In this document: positions 1-9,609 of the stretch, one piece after another
Layout: each line of letters opens with the position of its first letter
Position numbering within the stretch: position 1 is the first letter of the stretch
Source of the DNA: Candidatus Hecatella orcuttiae
Lineage (GTDB): Archaea > Thermoproteota > Bathyarchaeia > Hecatellales > Hecatellaceae
Direction of reading: 5' to 3'
Assembly: GCA_002011035.2 (NCBI GenBank)
Contig: MTLY02000003.1
Coordinates: 352,001 to 416,000, forward strand
DNA length: 64,000 bases
Translations under genes and position numbers: made by a program
Notes under the pieces: generated by a model
Seen by the model: only the letters and a program-made list of their open reading frames with translations
The model's database searches: none
What the model was told of the DNA's origin: nothing

Positions 1-621
1 GGCATGGGCGTGTTCCACGGTCAATCCTCTTTCAGCTGCCTTGGCAACGGTTTTCTCCACATCCCGCACAGGCATTCCCAACCGGGTAAGCTTGTGACGG
101 TAGTCTTCCAGGCCCTTTTCCAAGAGGATGGCGTTGACAAACTCTCTGATGAGGGGCGCTGTAAGGTAGGTAATGGGAAGTTTCAGCATACGCTCCTCAG
201 CTTCGGCGGAGATCTTATCAGCCACCTCAGGGAGAGCCCCTGCCTCCTCAACGAGGGAGAGGGCAATCTTGCTCCGGTCAAATTCTTCCATGGTATACCG
301 GGAGGTCCGAACAAACAACCGCCCTGCTTTTCTCAAGGCGTATTCGGCCAGCTCTTGGGAGAAACTGTTAACCCTCAAGCCCAGCTCGGTTATCTGGTAC
401 CGCCTCGTCCCTTTCTCCAAGCCCACGAGGCCTGTGGAGAGAAGGTTTTTAAGATGGTAAACGAATTTCCCCGCATCCTTAGTGGGCGCAAGTTTTAGGA
501 ATTCCATGATCTCACTGTAAGTCATAGGTCCACGGGTTGCAAGGAGTTTAAGGATCTGAAGCCTGATGGGCGCTGCCACGGCGCTGAAAACGTCGACTCC
601 TGTCCTAGGCTTTTTAACCAT
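1..621 (-). CDS. nrdD: N-terminal part (runs off window) of ArsR-type wHTH + ATP-cone protein, probably class III anaerobic ribonucleotide reductase
   Basis: Not in ORF track. Own translation from ATG 621: MVKKPRTGVDVFSAVAAPIRLQILKLLATRGPMTYSEIMEFL...GKFVYHLKNLL (wHTH), then LFVRTSRYTMEEFDRSKIALSLVEEAG...LTAPLIREFVNAILLEKGLEDYRHKLTRLGMPV (archaeal NrdD-type ATP cone). Open to position 1; catalytic domain not visible. Confidence 0.65.
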   Translation of the reverse strand, partial: MVKKPRTGVDVFSAVAAPIRLQILKLLATRGPMTYSEIMEFLKLAPTKDAGKFVYHLKNLLSTGLVGLEKGTRRYQITELGLRVNSFSQELAEYALRKAGRLFVRTSRYTMEEFDRSKIALSLVEEAGALPEVADKISAEAEERMLKLPITYLTAPLIREFVNAILLEKGLEDYRHKLTRLGMPVRDVEKTVAKAAERGLTVEHAHA

Positions 622-821
622 GGGGTCTCAGATCCTTTAACATCGAAAGATAGCTGTTCAGTCTTAAGTTATACTTTGTCTATTATTTTAGACTTCCACC
701 TAAAAAGTCTTCTTCCACATTTAAAAAGCCTTTCACCTAGGTTAAACCGTTGAAGGCTGAGATACCCTTGAAACCGGTTTCTGGAAAACGGTTTTATACG
801 GTTACAGGGGGAGGTAGTATC

Positions 822-1967
822 ATGGTTAAACCCTCTCTGGGAAAGGTATTCCTCGGAATTTTACTTCTCTTGCTAACGCTACCTATGGTGGCGTATTCAA
901 CTCCTCAAGCTCCCACTGTTCAAACCGACAAAGAAACCTATGGAAGCGGCGACTACCTCAACGTCACAGGCACGGCTGAGCCGAATTCGCTGGTTTCTCT
1001 GCAAGTTCTTGACCCTGAAGGAAACCTGAAAGGTGTTGCTCAAGCCCGTGTTTCTTCCCAAGGAACCTACGCTGTGGCGAAGGTGTACAGGTTTCAAGAG
1101 GACGATCCGGAAGGAGAATGGAGGGTGATAGTGTACCAAGGAGGCATTTTCTCCGAGGCCAAGTTTCAGTTCACACTCCCAGCGCCGACACCTACACCTA
1201 CACCAACCCCGACCCTTACACCCACGCCTACTCCAACTCCGACGCCTACGCCAACCCCTACGCCTACTCCCACCCCCTCCCCCACCCCCACGCCAACACC
1301 CACACCCACAGCCACCCCCACACCGACTCCCTCTGCTGAAGGGAAAAAATGCATCATCGCCACCACCACTTATGGCTCAGAGCTGGCTCCGGAAGTGCAA
1401 TTTCTGAGGGGTTTCAGGGAAAACGTCGCCCTCAAAACCTTCGCCGGAGCCCAGTTCATGAGGGTTTTCAACGCTTGGTACTATTCCTTCAGTCCTTCAG
1501 TGGCCGGCTTCATAGAGGCCCACCCGTCTGTTAAAGGAGTGGTGAAAGTTTTTCTCTACCCCCTCATCGGAATCCTTCACTTGGCCGTGGCGGCCAACAC
1601 CGTCTTCAGCTTTAACGGTGAACTTGGTATCACCGTAGCCGGGCTTGTAGCCGGCGCCCTGATAGGAGTTGTATACTTTGCCCCCCCAACCGCTCTGGTT
1701 CTCTACGCTGCGAGGAGGAAGAAGGAAACCCTGGCCCTAGGAAGCCTGTTGAAGCCTGTCTCAATGCTTTGGCTTCTGGGTGCCTCCCTGATCCTTGTAG
1801 GTGAACTGGTTGCCTCCGAGTTTCTCATGATGGCTGCGACAGGATTGTTTGTCAGCTCAACGGTAGCCATCACCGCAACCGCGGTGGCATTAAAAATTTT
1901 GAATGTCCAACGAAAAGCTACCGCTAGTCTCCTTTCCAAAGGAAGGGCCTCAAACAGGCGAGGCTGA
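822..1967 (+). CDS. Cell-surface protein: signal peptide, Ig-like domain, Pro/Thr linker, CFI-box-CTERM domain, C-terminal TM helices
   Basis: GGAGGT before ATG 822; hydrophobic signal; [24 protein letters not shown]...[10 protein letters not shown] motif; hydrophobic C-terminus. Confidence 0.8.
   Translation: MVKPSLGKVFLGILLLLLTLPMVAYSTPQAPTVQTDKETYGSGDYLNVTGTAEPNSLVSLQVLDPEGNLKGVAQARVSSQGTYAVAKVYRFQEDDPEGEWRVIVYQGGIFSEAKFQFTLPAPTPTPTPTPTLTPTPTPTPTPTPTPTPTPTPSPTPTPTPTPTATPTPTPSAEGKKCIIATTTYGSELAPEVQFLRGFRENVALKTFAGAQFMRVFNAWYYSFSPSVAGFIEAHPSVKGVVKVFLYPLIGILHLAVAANTVFSFNGELGITVAGLVAGALIGVVYFAPPTALVLYAARRKKETLALGSLLKPVSMLWLLGASLILVGELVASEFLMMAATGLFVSSTVAITATAVALKILNVQRKATASLLSKGRASNRRG
1185..1331 (+). 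repeat. Coding low-complexity (Pro-Thr)n linker
   Basis: Degenerate CCN-ACN hexamer repeats encoding PTPTPT... Confidence 0.9.
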
Positions 1968-2023
1968 AGGTTTTTCCAGCGCCTGCAGTCTCCTTTAAGG
2001 GACGAAAACCTTTAAATTGAATT

Positions 2024-2530
2024 GTGCAGATCAAAAATGGCAAATTTGGGGTTGACTTCCTTTTGGAGGAGAAACCTTCGTCTAAGTCTGTGGACCGAAT
2101 CTTGGTCGCTGTGGACGGTTCGGAGCATTCCAAAAAGGCTGCGGATTTGGCGGTAGACTTGGCTAAAAAATGGGAGGCTGAACTTTATCTGATCCATGTG
2201 TTAGAAGAGAAGGGTGTGCCTAAGGAGTTTAAAGAGTTCGCTCGGATTGAAAAGGTGCCTGTCTCTGAGTATTTCAACCTAGTCTGCCAGACAGGAGGTT
2301 TTCTGGGGGAGGCTGAAGTCAAGGCTAAAGCTGCGGGGATAAAAAAAGTTGAACGTATCTGCGCCCAAGGAAACCCTGCTGACGAGATCATCAACGCAGC
2401 GGAGAGATTAGGCGTGGACATGGTGGTTTTGGGAAGTAGGGGTTTGGGAGGATTTTCCCGGGCTATCATGGGAAGCGTCTCCACCAAGGTGTGCACCCAC
2501 GTCAATTGCGCCTGCGTAACTGTGAAGTGA
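2024..2530 (+). CDS. Universal stress protein (UspA family)
   Basis: ILVAVDGSEHS...GNPADEI...VVLGSRGLGG...GSVS motifs; true start may be slightly downstream. Confidence 0.9.
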   Translation: MQIKNGKFGVDFLLEEKPSSKSVDRILVAVDGSEHSKKAADLAVDLAKKWEAELYLIHVLEEKGVPKEFKEFARIEKVPVSEYFNLVCQTGGFLGEAEVKAKAAGIKKVERICAQGNPADEIINAAERLGVDMVVLGSRGLGGFSRAIMGSVSTKVCTHVNCACVTVK

Positions 2531-2692
2531 AATCGGGAAACCGACTGAACTTTTTTCTTATAAAGTTTTCAGCTTTAGGCTAAATTGAACTCCACCAAAA
2601 GCTTCGAAAATGAAGACTATCCAGAAATAAGGTTATTAGGAAGAAGTTTTGCTGGTTTATGGGATATAGCATCTTCTTAAAAGGGGTTTAAC

Positions 2693-3973
2693 TTGGTGAA
2701 AAGCTCCATCCTGCCAGGGTTTTACAAGCTCTCCGTCCAAGAAAGAATTCAAACTGTGGGCGAGTTCGCAGGTCTCAGTGAGGATGAAAGGAGGCTTCTC
2801 TCCGCGGAGGGAGCCCTAACTCTTGAGCAGGCTGGGAGGATGATCGAGAACGTAGTAGGCTTCATGCCTGTGCCTCTGGGAGTTGCCGTCAACTTCATCA
2901 TCAACGGTAAACCTTACCTAGTGCCCATGGCCATCGAAGAACCCTCCGTGGTCGCTGCGGCCAGCCACGCAGCTAAGCTGGCAGCCGTCAGAGGCGGCTT
3001 CCAAACCTCCAGCACCGACCCTGTGATGATAGGGCAGATTCAGTTGATGGGAGTGAAGGACCCGCTGAAGGCTAAAGAGGCGGTGGAGGCTGAAAAGGAA
3101 AAAATCCTCGAACTGGCCAACAGCCAAGACCCGGTTCTAGTCCGCATGGGTGGAGGAGCCAAGGACTTGGGAGTTCGAATGGTTGAAACTTTCAGAGGGC
3201 CTATGGTAGTGGTGGAACTCTACGTGGACTGTCGGGATGCCATGGGAGCTAACACCGTTAACACCATGGCTGAAGCCGTGGCTCCCTTGGTGGAGCGGCT
3301 TACCCAAGGCCGGGTGAGGCTGAGAATAGTCTCCAACCTTGCAACTAAGAGACTGGCCAGGGCGAGAGTGGTCATGGACCGAGAGGCTGTGGGGGGAGAG
3401 GAGGTGGTGGAAGCCATCTTAGACGCCTATGCCTTCGCCGCCTCAGACCCCTATCGTTGCGCCACCCACAACAAGGGAATCATGAACGGTGTGGCTGCTG
3501 TAGCCTTGGCCACAGGCAACGACACTCGGGCGTTGGAGGCAGGCGCCCACGCTTACGCTGCCAGAACCGGCCGCTACAGCCCACTAACCAGATGGGAGAA
3601 AAATTCGGCAGGCCACTTGGAAGGGTTTATCGAACTGCCCATGGCGGTAGGCTTGGTAGGCGGAGCAACGGTGTCCAACCCCATAGCCCGCATCTCCAAG
3701 AAGATCCTAAGAGTCCAAACAGCTCGGGAGCTGGGTGAAGTCGTGGCCGCCGTGGGACTCGCCCAAAACTTCGCAGCCCTCAGGGCCCTAGCCACCGAGG
3801 GCATTCAGAGAGGTCACATGTCTCTCCACGCGAGAAACTTGGCCATCGCTGCGGGGGCCCAAGGGAAGCTGGTGGACTTGGTGGCTGAAAGAATGGTGGC
3901 GGAGCGGCAGATAAGAATGGACAGGGCTCAGCAAATCCTCCAAGAGCTGAGGGAAAAGGAAAACGCAGCCTGA
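2693..3973 (+). CDS. mvaA: Hydroxymethylglutaryl-CoA reductase, class II
   Basis: MIENVVG, EEPSVVAAAS, DAMGANTVN, THNKGIMNG, EGIQRGHMSLH motifs. Confidence 0.95.
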   Translation: MVKSSILPGFYKLSVQERIQTVGEFAGLSEDERRLLSAEGALTLEQAGRMIENVVGFMPVPLGVAVNFIINGKPYLVPMAIEEPSVVAAASHAAKLAAVRGGFQTSSTDPVMIGQIQLMGVKDPLKAKEAVEAEKEKILELANSQDPVLVRMGGGAKDLGVRMVETFRGPMVVVELYVDCRDAMGANTVNTMAEAVAPLVERLTQGRVRLRIVSNLATKRLARARVVMDREAVGGEEVVEAILDAYAFAASDPYRCATHNKGIMNGVAAVALATGNDTRALEAGAHAYAARTGRYSPLTRWEKNSAGHLEGFIELPMAVGLVGGATVSNPIARISKKILRVQTARELGEVVAAVGLAQNFAALRALATEGIQRGHMSLHARNLAIAAGAQGKLVDLVAERMVAERQIRMDRAQQILQELREKENAA

Positions 3974-4124
3974 CCGAGGGAAAGGCTCATAGGGAGTAAT
4001 TTTCCCTTCACCCGGAGAATGTTGAAAGATTTCTTTCCGAGGACCTCAGCTTCTTTAACTTCGCTGGAAAGATGGAAGGGTAGAAGCTAAGAATATATGA
4101 GGAAAAAGTTGTAAAGACTTTTGA

Positions 4125-4203
4125 GGGGTGGTGGTCCAGCATGGTCTACGATTCCCGGCTCGGGCCCGGGAGGTCGGGAGTTCAAATCTCCCCCACCCCA
4201 CCA
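4125..4203 (+). tRNA. tRNA-Pro(CGG), encoded CCA
   Basis: Acceptor GGGGTGG/CCACCCC, anticodon arm CCCGG-CTCGGGC-CCGGG, T-arm GGGAG-TTCAAAT-CTCCC, ACCA end. Confidence 0.95.
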
Positions 4204-4335
4204 AGCTCTCGCCTTGCAATACTTCTCCAAGTGTTCGTTTTTGTTTTTAACGCCTTGACGGGCTTATGCTGGGGTTCAGCTGTATTACAACGTAATATTT
4301 AAATCCCTTCACGAGTATAGAGTAGGAAGGCGAGT

Positions 4336-5610
4336 TTGATGAATGGAAAAATACTTTCGTCGATTTTGATGGTGACCATGCTAATGCTGGCCGGCCTTCT
4401 GGTTGTGGGAACGGGCGTTGCAGCGAAGACGAACCCCGCGGAGAAAATACAGGTTATAGTCGTCTTTAAAGACCGACCAGATCCGGCTTTTATTAGGCAG
4501 CATGGTGGAAACATAAAATACACCTACGACGTAATCCCCGGAATAGCGGCTCTGCTGCCTCAGAAAGCCGTGGACGCTTTGGAGAAGAACCCGAAAATCG
4601 CATACGTGGAGAGAGATATCGTCGTTGGCAGGCCGCCGTGGGCTGGCGGAGGCGAAAAGGAACAGCCTCCGGAAACCTTAGAATGGGGCGTTGACCGAAT
4701 AGACGCTGACCTAGTTTGGGATACGGACGGCGACCTAGTTGCAGACGAAGGGGCGAACATGGGTTCAGGGATCAAAGTTGCAGTTCTTGACACAGGCATC
4801 GACAAAGATCATCCTGATTTGCAGGAAAATATCAAGGGCGGAGTTAACTTCGTCTCCAAACCTTGGTGGAAAGACCCGGACCCAAACAAGTGGGACGATG
4901 ACAACGGTCACGGAACCTACGTCGCAGGCATAATCGCTGCGGTGGAGAATGAAATAGGCGTTATAGGCTCTGCGCCGAAAGCTTGGCTTTACGGTGTAAA
5001 GGTCTTGGATAGGACTGGAAGCGGATACGTCAGCGATGTCATCGCAGGGATAGACTGGTCTGTCGATAACGGTATGCATGTGATTTCCATGAGTCTGGGG
5101 TCAAGTTCCGATTCGCAGGCACTTCATGATGCGTGTGATAACGCCTATGCGGCGGGCTTGGTCTTAGTCGCGGCTGCAGGGAACTCGGGTGACGGTGACG
5201 GTAGCACAAACGAAGTGCTCTATCCGGCTAAATATTCCAGCGTAATCGCTGTGGCGGCCACAGATAAAGATGACAGCACACCCACATGGAGCTCAGAAGG
5301 CGAGGAGGTTGAACTTGCAGCCCCCGGCGTCGACGTGCGTTCCACTTGGAAAGACGGATCCTATGAAACACATAGCGGGACCTCTGCGGCTACACCTCAT
5401 GTATCAGGCACGATAGCCCTAGTCCTGTATCAAACCGAACTGCTGACAGCCTACGATTCAAACGGGGACGGAGCTCTTCAGCCCAGTGAGCTTCGAACTC
5501 TGCTAAGGGACACTGCAGACGACCTTGGCAGCTCCGGATTCGACAACTTCTACGGTTACGGCTTAGTGGACGCTGAAGAAAGCGTAACAGGTACGCAGAC
5601 AAACCCATAA
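4336..5610 (+). CDS. Secreted subtilisin-like S8 serine protease with I9-type propeptide
   Basis: Signal peptide; catalytic motifs VLDTGID, HGTYVAG, AAGN, SGTSAATPHV. Confidence 0.93.
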   Translation: MMNGKILSSILMVTMLMLAGLLVVGTGVAAKTNPAEKIQVIVVFKDRPDPAFIRQHGGNIKYTYDVIPGIAALLPQKAVDALEKNPKIAYVERDIVVGRPPWAGGGEKEQPPETLEWGVDRIDADLVWDTDGDLVADEGANMGSGIKVAVLDTGIDKDHPDLQENIKGGVNFVSKPWWKDPDPNKWDDDNGHGTYVAGIIAAVENEIGVIGSAPKAWLYGVKVLDRTGSGYVSDVIAGIDWSVDNGMHVISMSLGSSSDSQALHDACDNAYAAGLVLVAAAGNSGDGDGSTNEVLYPAKYSSVIAVAATDKDDSTPTWSSEGEEVELAAPGVDVRSTWKDGSYETHSGTSAATPHVSGTIALVLYQTELLTAYDSNGDGALQPSELRTLLRDTADDLGSSGFDNFYGYGLVDAEESVTGTQTNP

Positions 5611-5615
5611 ACAAC

Positions 5616-5625
5616 TTTTTTTTTT
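5616..5625 (+). terminator. Oligo-T archaeal terminator after protease gene
   Basis: T10 tract 5 nt after TAA. Confidence 0.6.
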
Positions 5626-5855
5626 AAAAAATCTTGTACTGGTACAGAATACAGAATAGAGTGCTCTGTTCGATGCTATTAGACGAAACGGCCACAAAAA
5701 TGGGTGGCCGTATTAAAGTTGCGCGTTAAGTTTAGTTCATGAGCCCGCCAACTCCTCATCTTCGCTATTCGTTGAGGCGCAAACGTGTCTCTTATATCTG
5801 GTTTTTAGAAAGGCAGTAATCCAGATATGTCGTTCTCTTAATATTTAAAAGCATG

Positions 5856-5874
5856 TTTGCCCAAATTGGGCAAA
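5856..5874. promoter_or_regulatory. Perfect palindrome, candidate operator
   Basis: TTTGCCCAA-A-TTGGGCAAA directly after TATA-like TTAATATTTAAAA, upstream of an RHH protein gene. Confidence 0.55.
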
Positions 5875-5947
5875 ACGGACGCCTGTCCTCGGCGAGTGTG
5901 GTTTGGGAAGAGATGATACTCTTGACTGGTAACGTGAGGTGAAGTGA

Positions 5948-6460
5948 ATCGTTAAGAGAATAATATCTGTGAGGTTGAATGAAAATCTGGTAAGGCAAGT
6001 TGAGGATGTAGTTTCATCCGGTTATGTCGACTCCCTGACGAATCTTGTCAGCAAATGTCTCGAATTAGGGTTGAAATATTCCTTTTACATGTGGGACAGG
6101 GGTGTCTGGCACTTTCATGGCATTAGGGTAGGGGCCTTATCCAAAAAAAGCTTTGAAATTATATTTAAGCACGCAGATGACCCATATAAAGCTGGGAGGG
6201 AAGTAGGGAAAGGCTTCAAAAATTACATCAAATACTCTTTCAAAAAAGACTCTATTAAAAGAAAGGATTGGAATGCAATGCTTAGGGAGGTTGAACCCAT
6301 TACGGGGTGGGGTAACTACGTTCTAACTAATGACATCATCACCGTTGCCTCCCCGCTACCGCCTCGGGATTTCCTGAGAGGATTCCTCGAGAGTCTTCTG
6401 GGCGTTAGATTAAAAATGGCTTCGGATGAGCCTCTTCAATTTCAGATTCTCGGAGGATAG
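5948..6460 (+). CDS. Putative regulator: ribbon-helix-helix N-terminus + V4R-like domain
   Basis: (M)VKRIISVRLNENLVRQVEDVVSSGYVDSLTNLVSKCL resembles RHH; AGREVGK, GWG, FLRGFLE resemble V4R. First canonical start is GTG 5969; SD GAGGTGA points to ATC 5948. Confidence 0.6.
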   Translation: MVKRIISVRLNENLVRQVEDVVSSGYVDSLTNLVSKCLELGLKYSFYMWDRGVWHFHGIRVGALSKKSFEIIFKHADDPYKAGREVGKGFKNYIKYSFKKDSIKRKDWNAMLREVEPITGWGNYVLTNDIITVASPLPPRDFLRGFLESLLGVRLKMASDEPLQFQILGG

Positions 6461-6545
6461 GAGACCTAGAACAATGGCTTCAGACGCTATATCCGCATGG
6501 TAGGTTTTAAATAGATATGTTATACGATGTATTACAAAAAAAGTC

Positions 6546-7889
6546 GTGAGAACATCATTGGACCGAAAACTGGTGTGGGTGGTCCCCGTCTTTCTCATGC
6601 TACTCAGTTTGTCAGCTTTTCCCTTTGCTTTGGCTCAACAAGCCTACACGCCTTCCACGCTGGTTTTGAGAGTTTACGGAGATGGTGTTGTTCAAGTCGA
6701 GTACGGCATCGAAACGGATGTAACCTATCCACGGATAAGCGTAAGCCTCTTCGGCAATGTCTTCGAAGAAGTCATAATTGTGAATCAGGACGGAGTTCCC
6801 CTGGACTATGAAGGAATCGATGGGGAAGTGATAATCGATACGCTTGGAGCTGAAGCTGCGGAGATCACCTACTTCACCTCCGACCTGACAAGCAAGTCGG
6901 GGAGAATATGGGTCCTCGAGTTCGAGCCGCCCATTCTCACCAACATAATTCTGCCAAGGGGAGCAACAATCATCAGCCTAAGTCAGACACCTGTGGCCAT
7001 CAGGAGTGTCGACGGACAGACCCTGTTAACCATGCCGGCTGGACGTTTAGAGATAACCTACGTTGTCGGAGTCACCGGAACTAGAGAGCACGCCCTCATC
7101 CTCATCAATGAAGCTGAAAACAAGATTGAAGAAATAAAGGCTCAAAACATCATCGTCGCCGACGCGGAAACCAAACTCCAAGAGGCAAAGGAAGCTTTCA
7201 GCCGTGAGCAATACGTTGAAGCTGAGCAGCTGGCCTCCCAAGCTGAAAACCTAGCTGTCCAAATTGAGGCCGCGGCGAAAAAAGCCAAAGCAGCTATAGT
7301 TGAGGGTGAATCGTCTGTTGAAAATGCACGGCAAGAGGGAAGAACCTCTGGTTTAGCCGAAGCTCAAATCCTCCTGCAGCAAGCAAAAGATGAATACTCT
7401 GCAGGTAACTACGAGAAGGCTGAGCAGTTGGCCTCCAAGGCGGGGATCACAGCTGAAAGCGCCAAGCCTCCACCTCCCTCCACACCCACTCCTACGCCTC
7501 TCCCCACACTAGCAGGGGGAAGGATCCTTTACTGGTGGATCGGGATCTCTGCGCTAGGAGTGGCTCTCGCTATGTTGGCTTTCAGACTTGTGAAGAAACC
7601 TAAGCCGGCAGAAGTCTCGCGGGAAAGGAGAACTATAGATGTTGAGAAGTTGTTCAGGCTTAATCCCCAGCTTAGAGATGAGGACCGTGAGGCTGTTCAA
7701 TTCATAGCCGAATGCGGCGGTGAAGCCTTCGAGGGGGAGATTCGTAAAAGGTTCAAGCTGCCCAAAACCACCGTATGGAGAATGATGCAACGCTTGGAAA
7801 GGGAGGGTGTGGCGGAAATTCTCAAAATCGGCGGCCGAAACCTCATTCGGATTAAATCAAAGTATGAGGTTAAAGGTGAAACGAGGTGA
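6546..7889 (+). CDS. Membrane-anchored transcription regulator (extracellular beta domain + helical bundles, TM helix, C-terminal wHTH; COG2512-like)
   Basis: Signal peptide; TM WWIGISALGVALAMLAF; C-terminal GGEAFEGEIRKRFKLPKTTVWRMMQRLEREGVAEILKIGGRNLI. Confidence 0.8.
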   Translation: MRTSLDRKLVWVVPVFLMLLSLSAFPFALAQQAYTPSTLVLRVYGDGVVQVEYGIETDVTYPRISVSLFGNVFEEVIIVNQDGVPLDYEGIDGEVIIDTLGAEAAEITYFTSDLTSKSGRIWVLEFEPPILTNIILPRGATIISLSQTPVAIRSVDGQTLLTMPAGRLEITYVVGVTGTREHALILINEAENKIEEIKAQNIIVADAETKLQEAKEAFSREQYVEAEQLASQAENLAVQIEAAAKKAKAAIVEGESSVENARQEGRTSGLAEAQILLQQAKDEYSAGNYEKAEQLASKAGITAESAKPPPPSTPTPTPLPTLAGGRILYWWIGISALGVALAMLAFRLVKKPKPAEVSRERRTIDVEKLFRLNPQLRDEDREAVQFIAECGGEAFEGEIRKRFKLPKTTVWRMMQRLEREGVAEILKIGGRNLIRIKSKYEVKGETR

Positions 7890-7912
7890 AACAGTGTCTT
7901 CACTCCGTTTCA
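7877..7912. promoter_or_regulatory. Imperfect inverted repeat upstream of helical-protein gene
   Basis: TGAAACG..GTGAA.....TTCAC..CGTTTCA followed by AT-rich CTATTTAG. Confidence 0.4.
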
Positions 7913-7963
7913 GAGCATCCCTATTTAGTGAGTAAGACCTAAACTAATTTAGGTGATTTGAGA

Positions 7964-9577
7964 ATGGTGCTCGCAAAGTATAGGGTAACCTTCCTCATCC
8001 TAGCAGTTTTAATGTCCTCTTCGCTGCCGAGCCTTCTTCCCGTTGGATTGGCGCAGACTGAAGAAGACCAGCGTATCGCTGTTGATGAGCTTTTAGAAAT
8101 CCTCGAAGCGAGCAAGAGTTATGTGGAAGCGGCTTTCAGCAGGCTTGAAGACCTAGGAATACCGATACCGGATGTTGCTAAAGATAAATATGAAGAGGGG
8201 CTTTCGCTGGCTGCTACAGCCGTTCAACTGAGGGATGAAGCCCGCTATGAGGAAGCTAAAGAAGTAGCCCTTCAAGCTATGCAAATATTCAAAGAAGTGT
8301 CGTTGGAAATAGCGCCGGATGTAGAGGAAGCTGAGACCCCAGAGGAAAGAGAAGCCTACGAAGCCATAGGGTTGACGGCGGCCAGAGAGCGGGCTGAAGC
8401 CTTCATCAACAAGCTGGACAGCTTGGCGGACAAGGCTGAAGAACTCGGATACGACGTTTCAGCCATCTGGGAAATCATAGATGAGGCGAGGGACATCTTA
8501 AGCACGGGAGCAAGTCTTGTGGAAGCAGGGGATGTTGACGAGGCAGGGAGGCATATCGGTATGGCCATCAGTACAGCTGCAAAAGCCATGGGAGAGGTTC
8601 GACCTATAATAAAAGCTAACAAGGCAGTTCAAGCTCAGAGGTTTCTTGAAAAAGCCGAAGAACGATTGGCAAGGCTGGAAGAGAGAATAGATGTGCTCAG
8701 CAGGCTGCCGGCTGTCCTTCCACCGCAGGCAGAGCAGGGCATAAGACAGGCTCAAGCGGCTTTAGAGAATGCTAGAAGCCGGGTAGCGGAAGTCAGAGCT
8801 CTTCTGCAGGCGGGGAATATCGAAGATGCTATAGAAGGACTCGAAGATGTGAGGAGGAACGCTGAGAGAAGCCTCGAGGAGTTCGGAGGAGCGAAACCGG
8901 AAGTTGCAGAGAACCTAGTCGCCATCGAAAGAATCAACGCGACGCTCGATTTCTTAAAGGAAAGGCTGGAAGACGCCAGAGCCAAAGACATAAACGTCGA
9001 CCAAATTGAAGAGACTTTAAGGAGGGCTGAGGATCTCCTATCCCAAGCCGTGGAGCACCTGCAAGAAGAAGAAATTGAGGATGCGTCCCAAGCTATAGAT
9101 CAAGCTGAGGACCTTGCAGATGATGCAGAAGACCTGTTGGAGCAAGTCGTAGAGCTGGTGGAGAGGGAAGAAGGAGAGGAGGCGAGAGAAGAAGCCCGAG
9201 AACTGGTTGAGGAGATTATGAGAAACAGGGCTGCCCTTAAGCAGCTTAATGCAACCATCTCCCTTCTCTGGGAGAAGTTAACGGATTTGGAAGGCAGAGG
9301 CGTGGATGTTGCAGGAATCGAAAACACCCTCAGAACAGCTTATGACTTTCTCCAAGAAGCTTTGAAGCATATAGATGAAGGGGACGTCGATGCGGCCTCG
9401 GACCTCATGGCGCAGGCTGAGGTGATAATGGAGGAGGCGGAAGAACTTATAGAGCAAGCTAGAAAACAGGCAGAAGAAAGGCAGCCGGAGGGCGCTGGAG
9501 AGCAGTCTCAAGGCAGAGGTCCGCCTAGCGAAGCAGGCAAGCCCCAAGTCCCTTTTTTTAATCAAATAGAAAAATAA
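7964..9577 (+). CDS. Secreted acidic alpha-helical repeat protein, unknown function
   Basis: SD AGGTGA; signal peptide; internally duplicated helical units (INATLDFLKERL.. / LNATISLLWEKL..). Confidence 0.8.
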   Translation: MVLAKYRVTFLILAVLMSSSLPSLLPVGLAQTEEDQRIAVDELLEILEASKSYVEAAFSRLEDLGIPIPDVAKDKYEEGLSLAATAVQLRDEARYEEAKEVALQAMQIFKEVSLEIAPDVEEAETPEEREAYEAIGLTAARERAEAFINKLDSLADKAEELGYDVSAIWEIIDEARDILSTGASLVEAGDVDEAGRHIGMAISTAAKAMGEVRPIIKANKAVQAQRFLEKAEERLARLEERIDVLSRLPAVLPPQAEQGIRQAQAALENARSRVAEVRALLQAGNIEDAIEGLEDVRRNAERSLEEFGGAKPEVAENLVAIERINATLDFLKERLEDARAKDINVDQIEETLRRAEDLLSQAVEHLQEEEIEDASQAIDQAEDLADDAEDLLEQVVELVEREEGEEAREEARELVEEIMRNRAALKQLNATISLLWEKLTDLEGRGVDVAGIENTLRTAYDFLQEALKHIDEGDVDAASDLMAQAEVIMEEAEELIEQARKQAEERQPEGAGEQSQGRGPPSEAGKPQVPFFNQIEK

Positions 9578-9609
9578 TAATAAATGAAAATCAGGAATAA
9601 TTAGCGAAG

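Noticed and set aside
4-498. Plus-strand ORFs 4-498 and 173-460, and the many similar antisense ORFs in the track
   Set aside because: Shadows of well-supported genes on the opposite strand; no recognisable motifs
1185-1331. Repeat tract as CRISPR or non-coding tandem repeat
   Set aside because: Synonymously degenerate Pro-Thr linker, no spacers. No CRISPR array or cas gene seen in the window.
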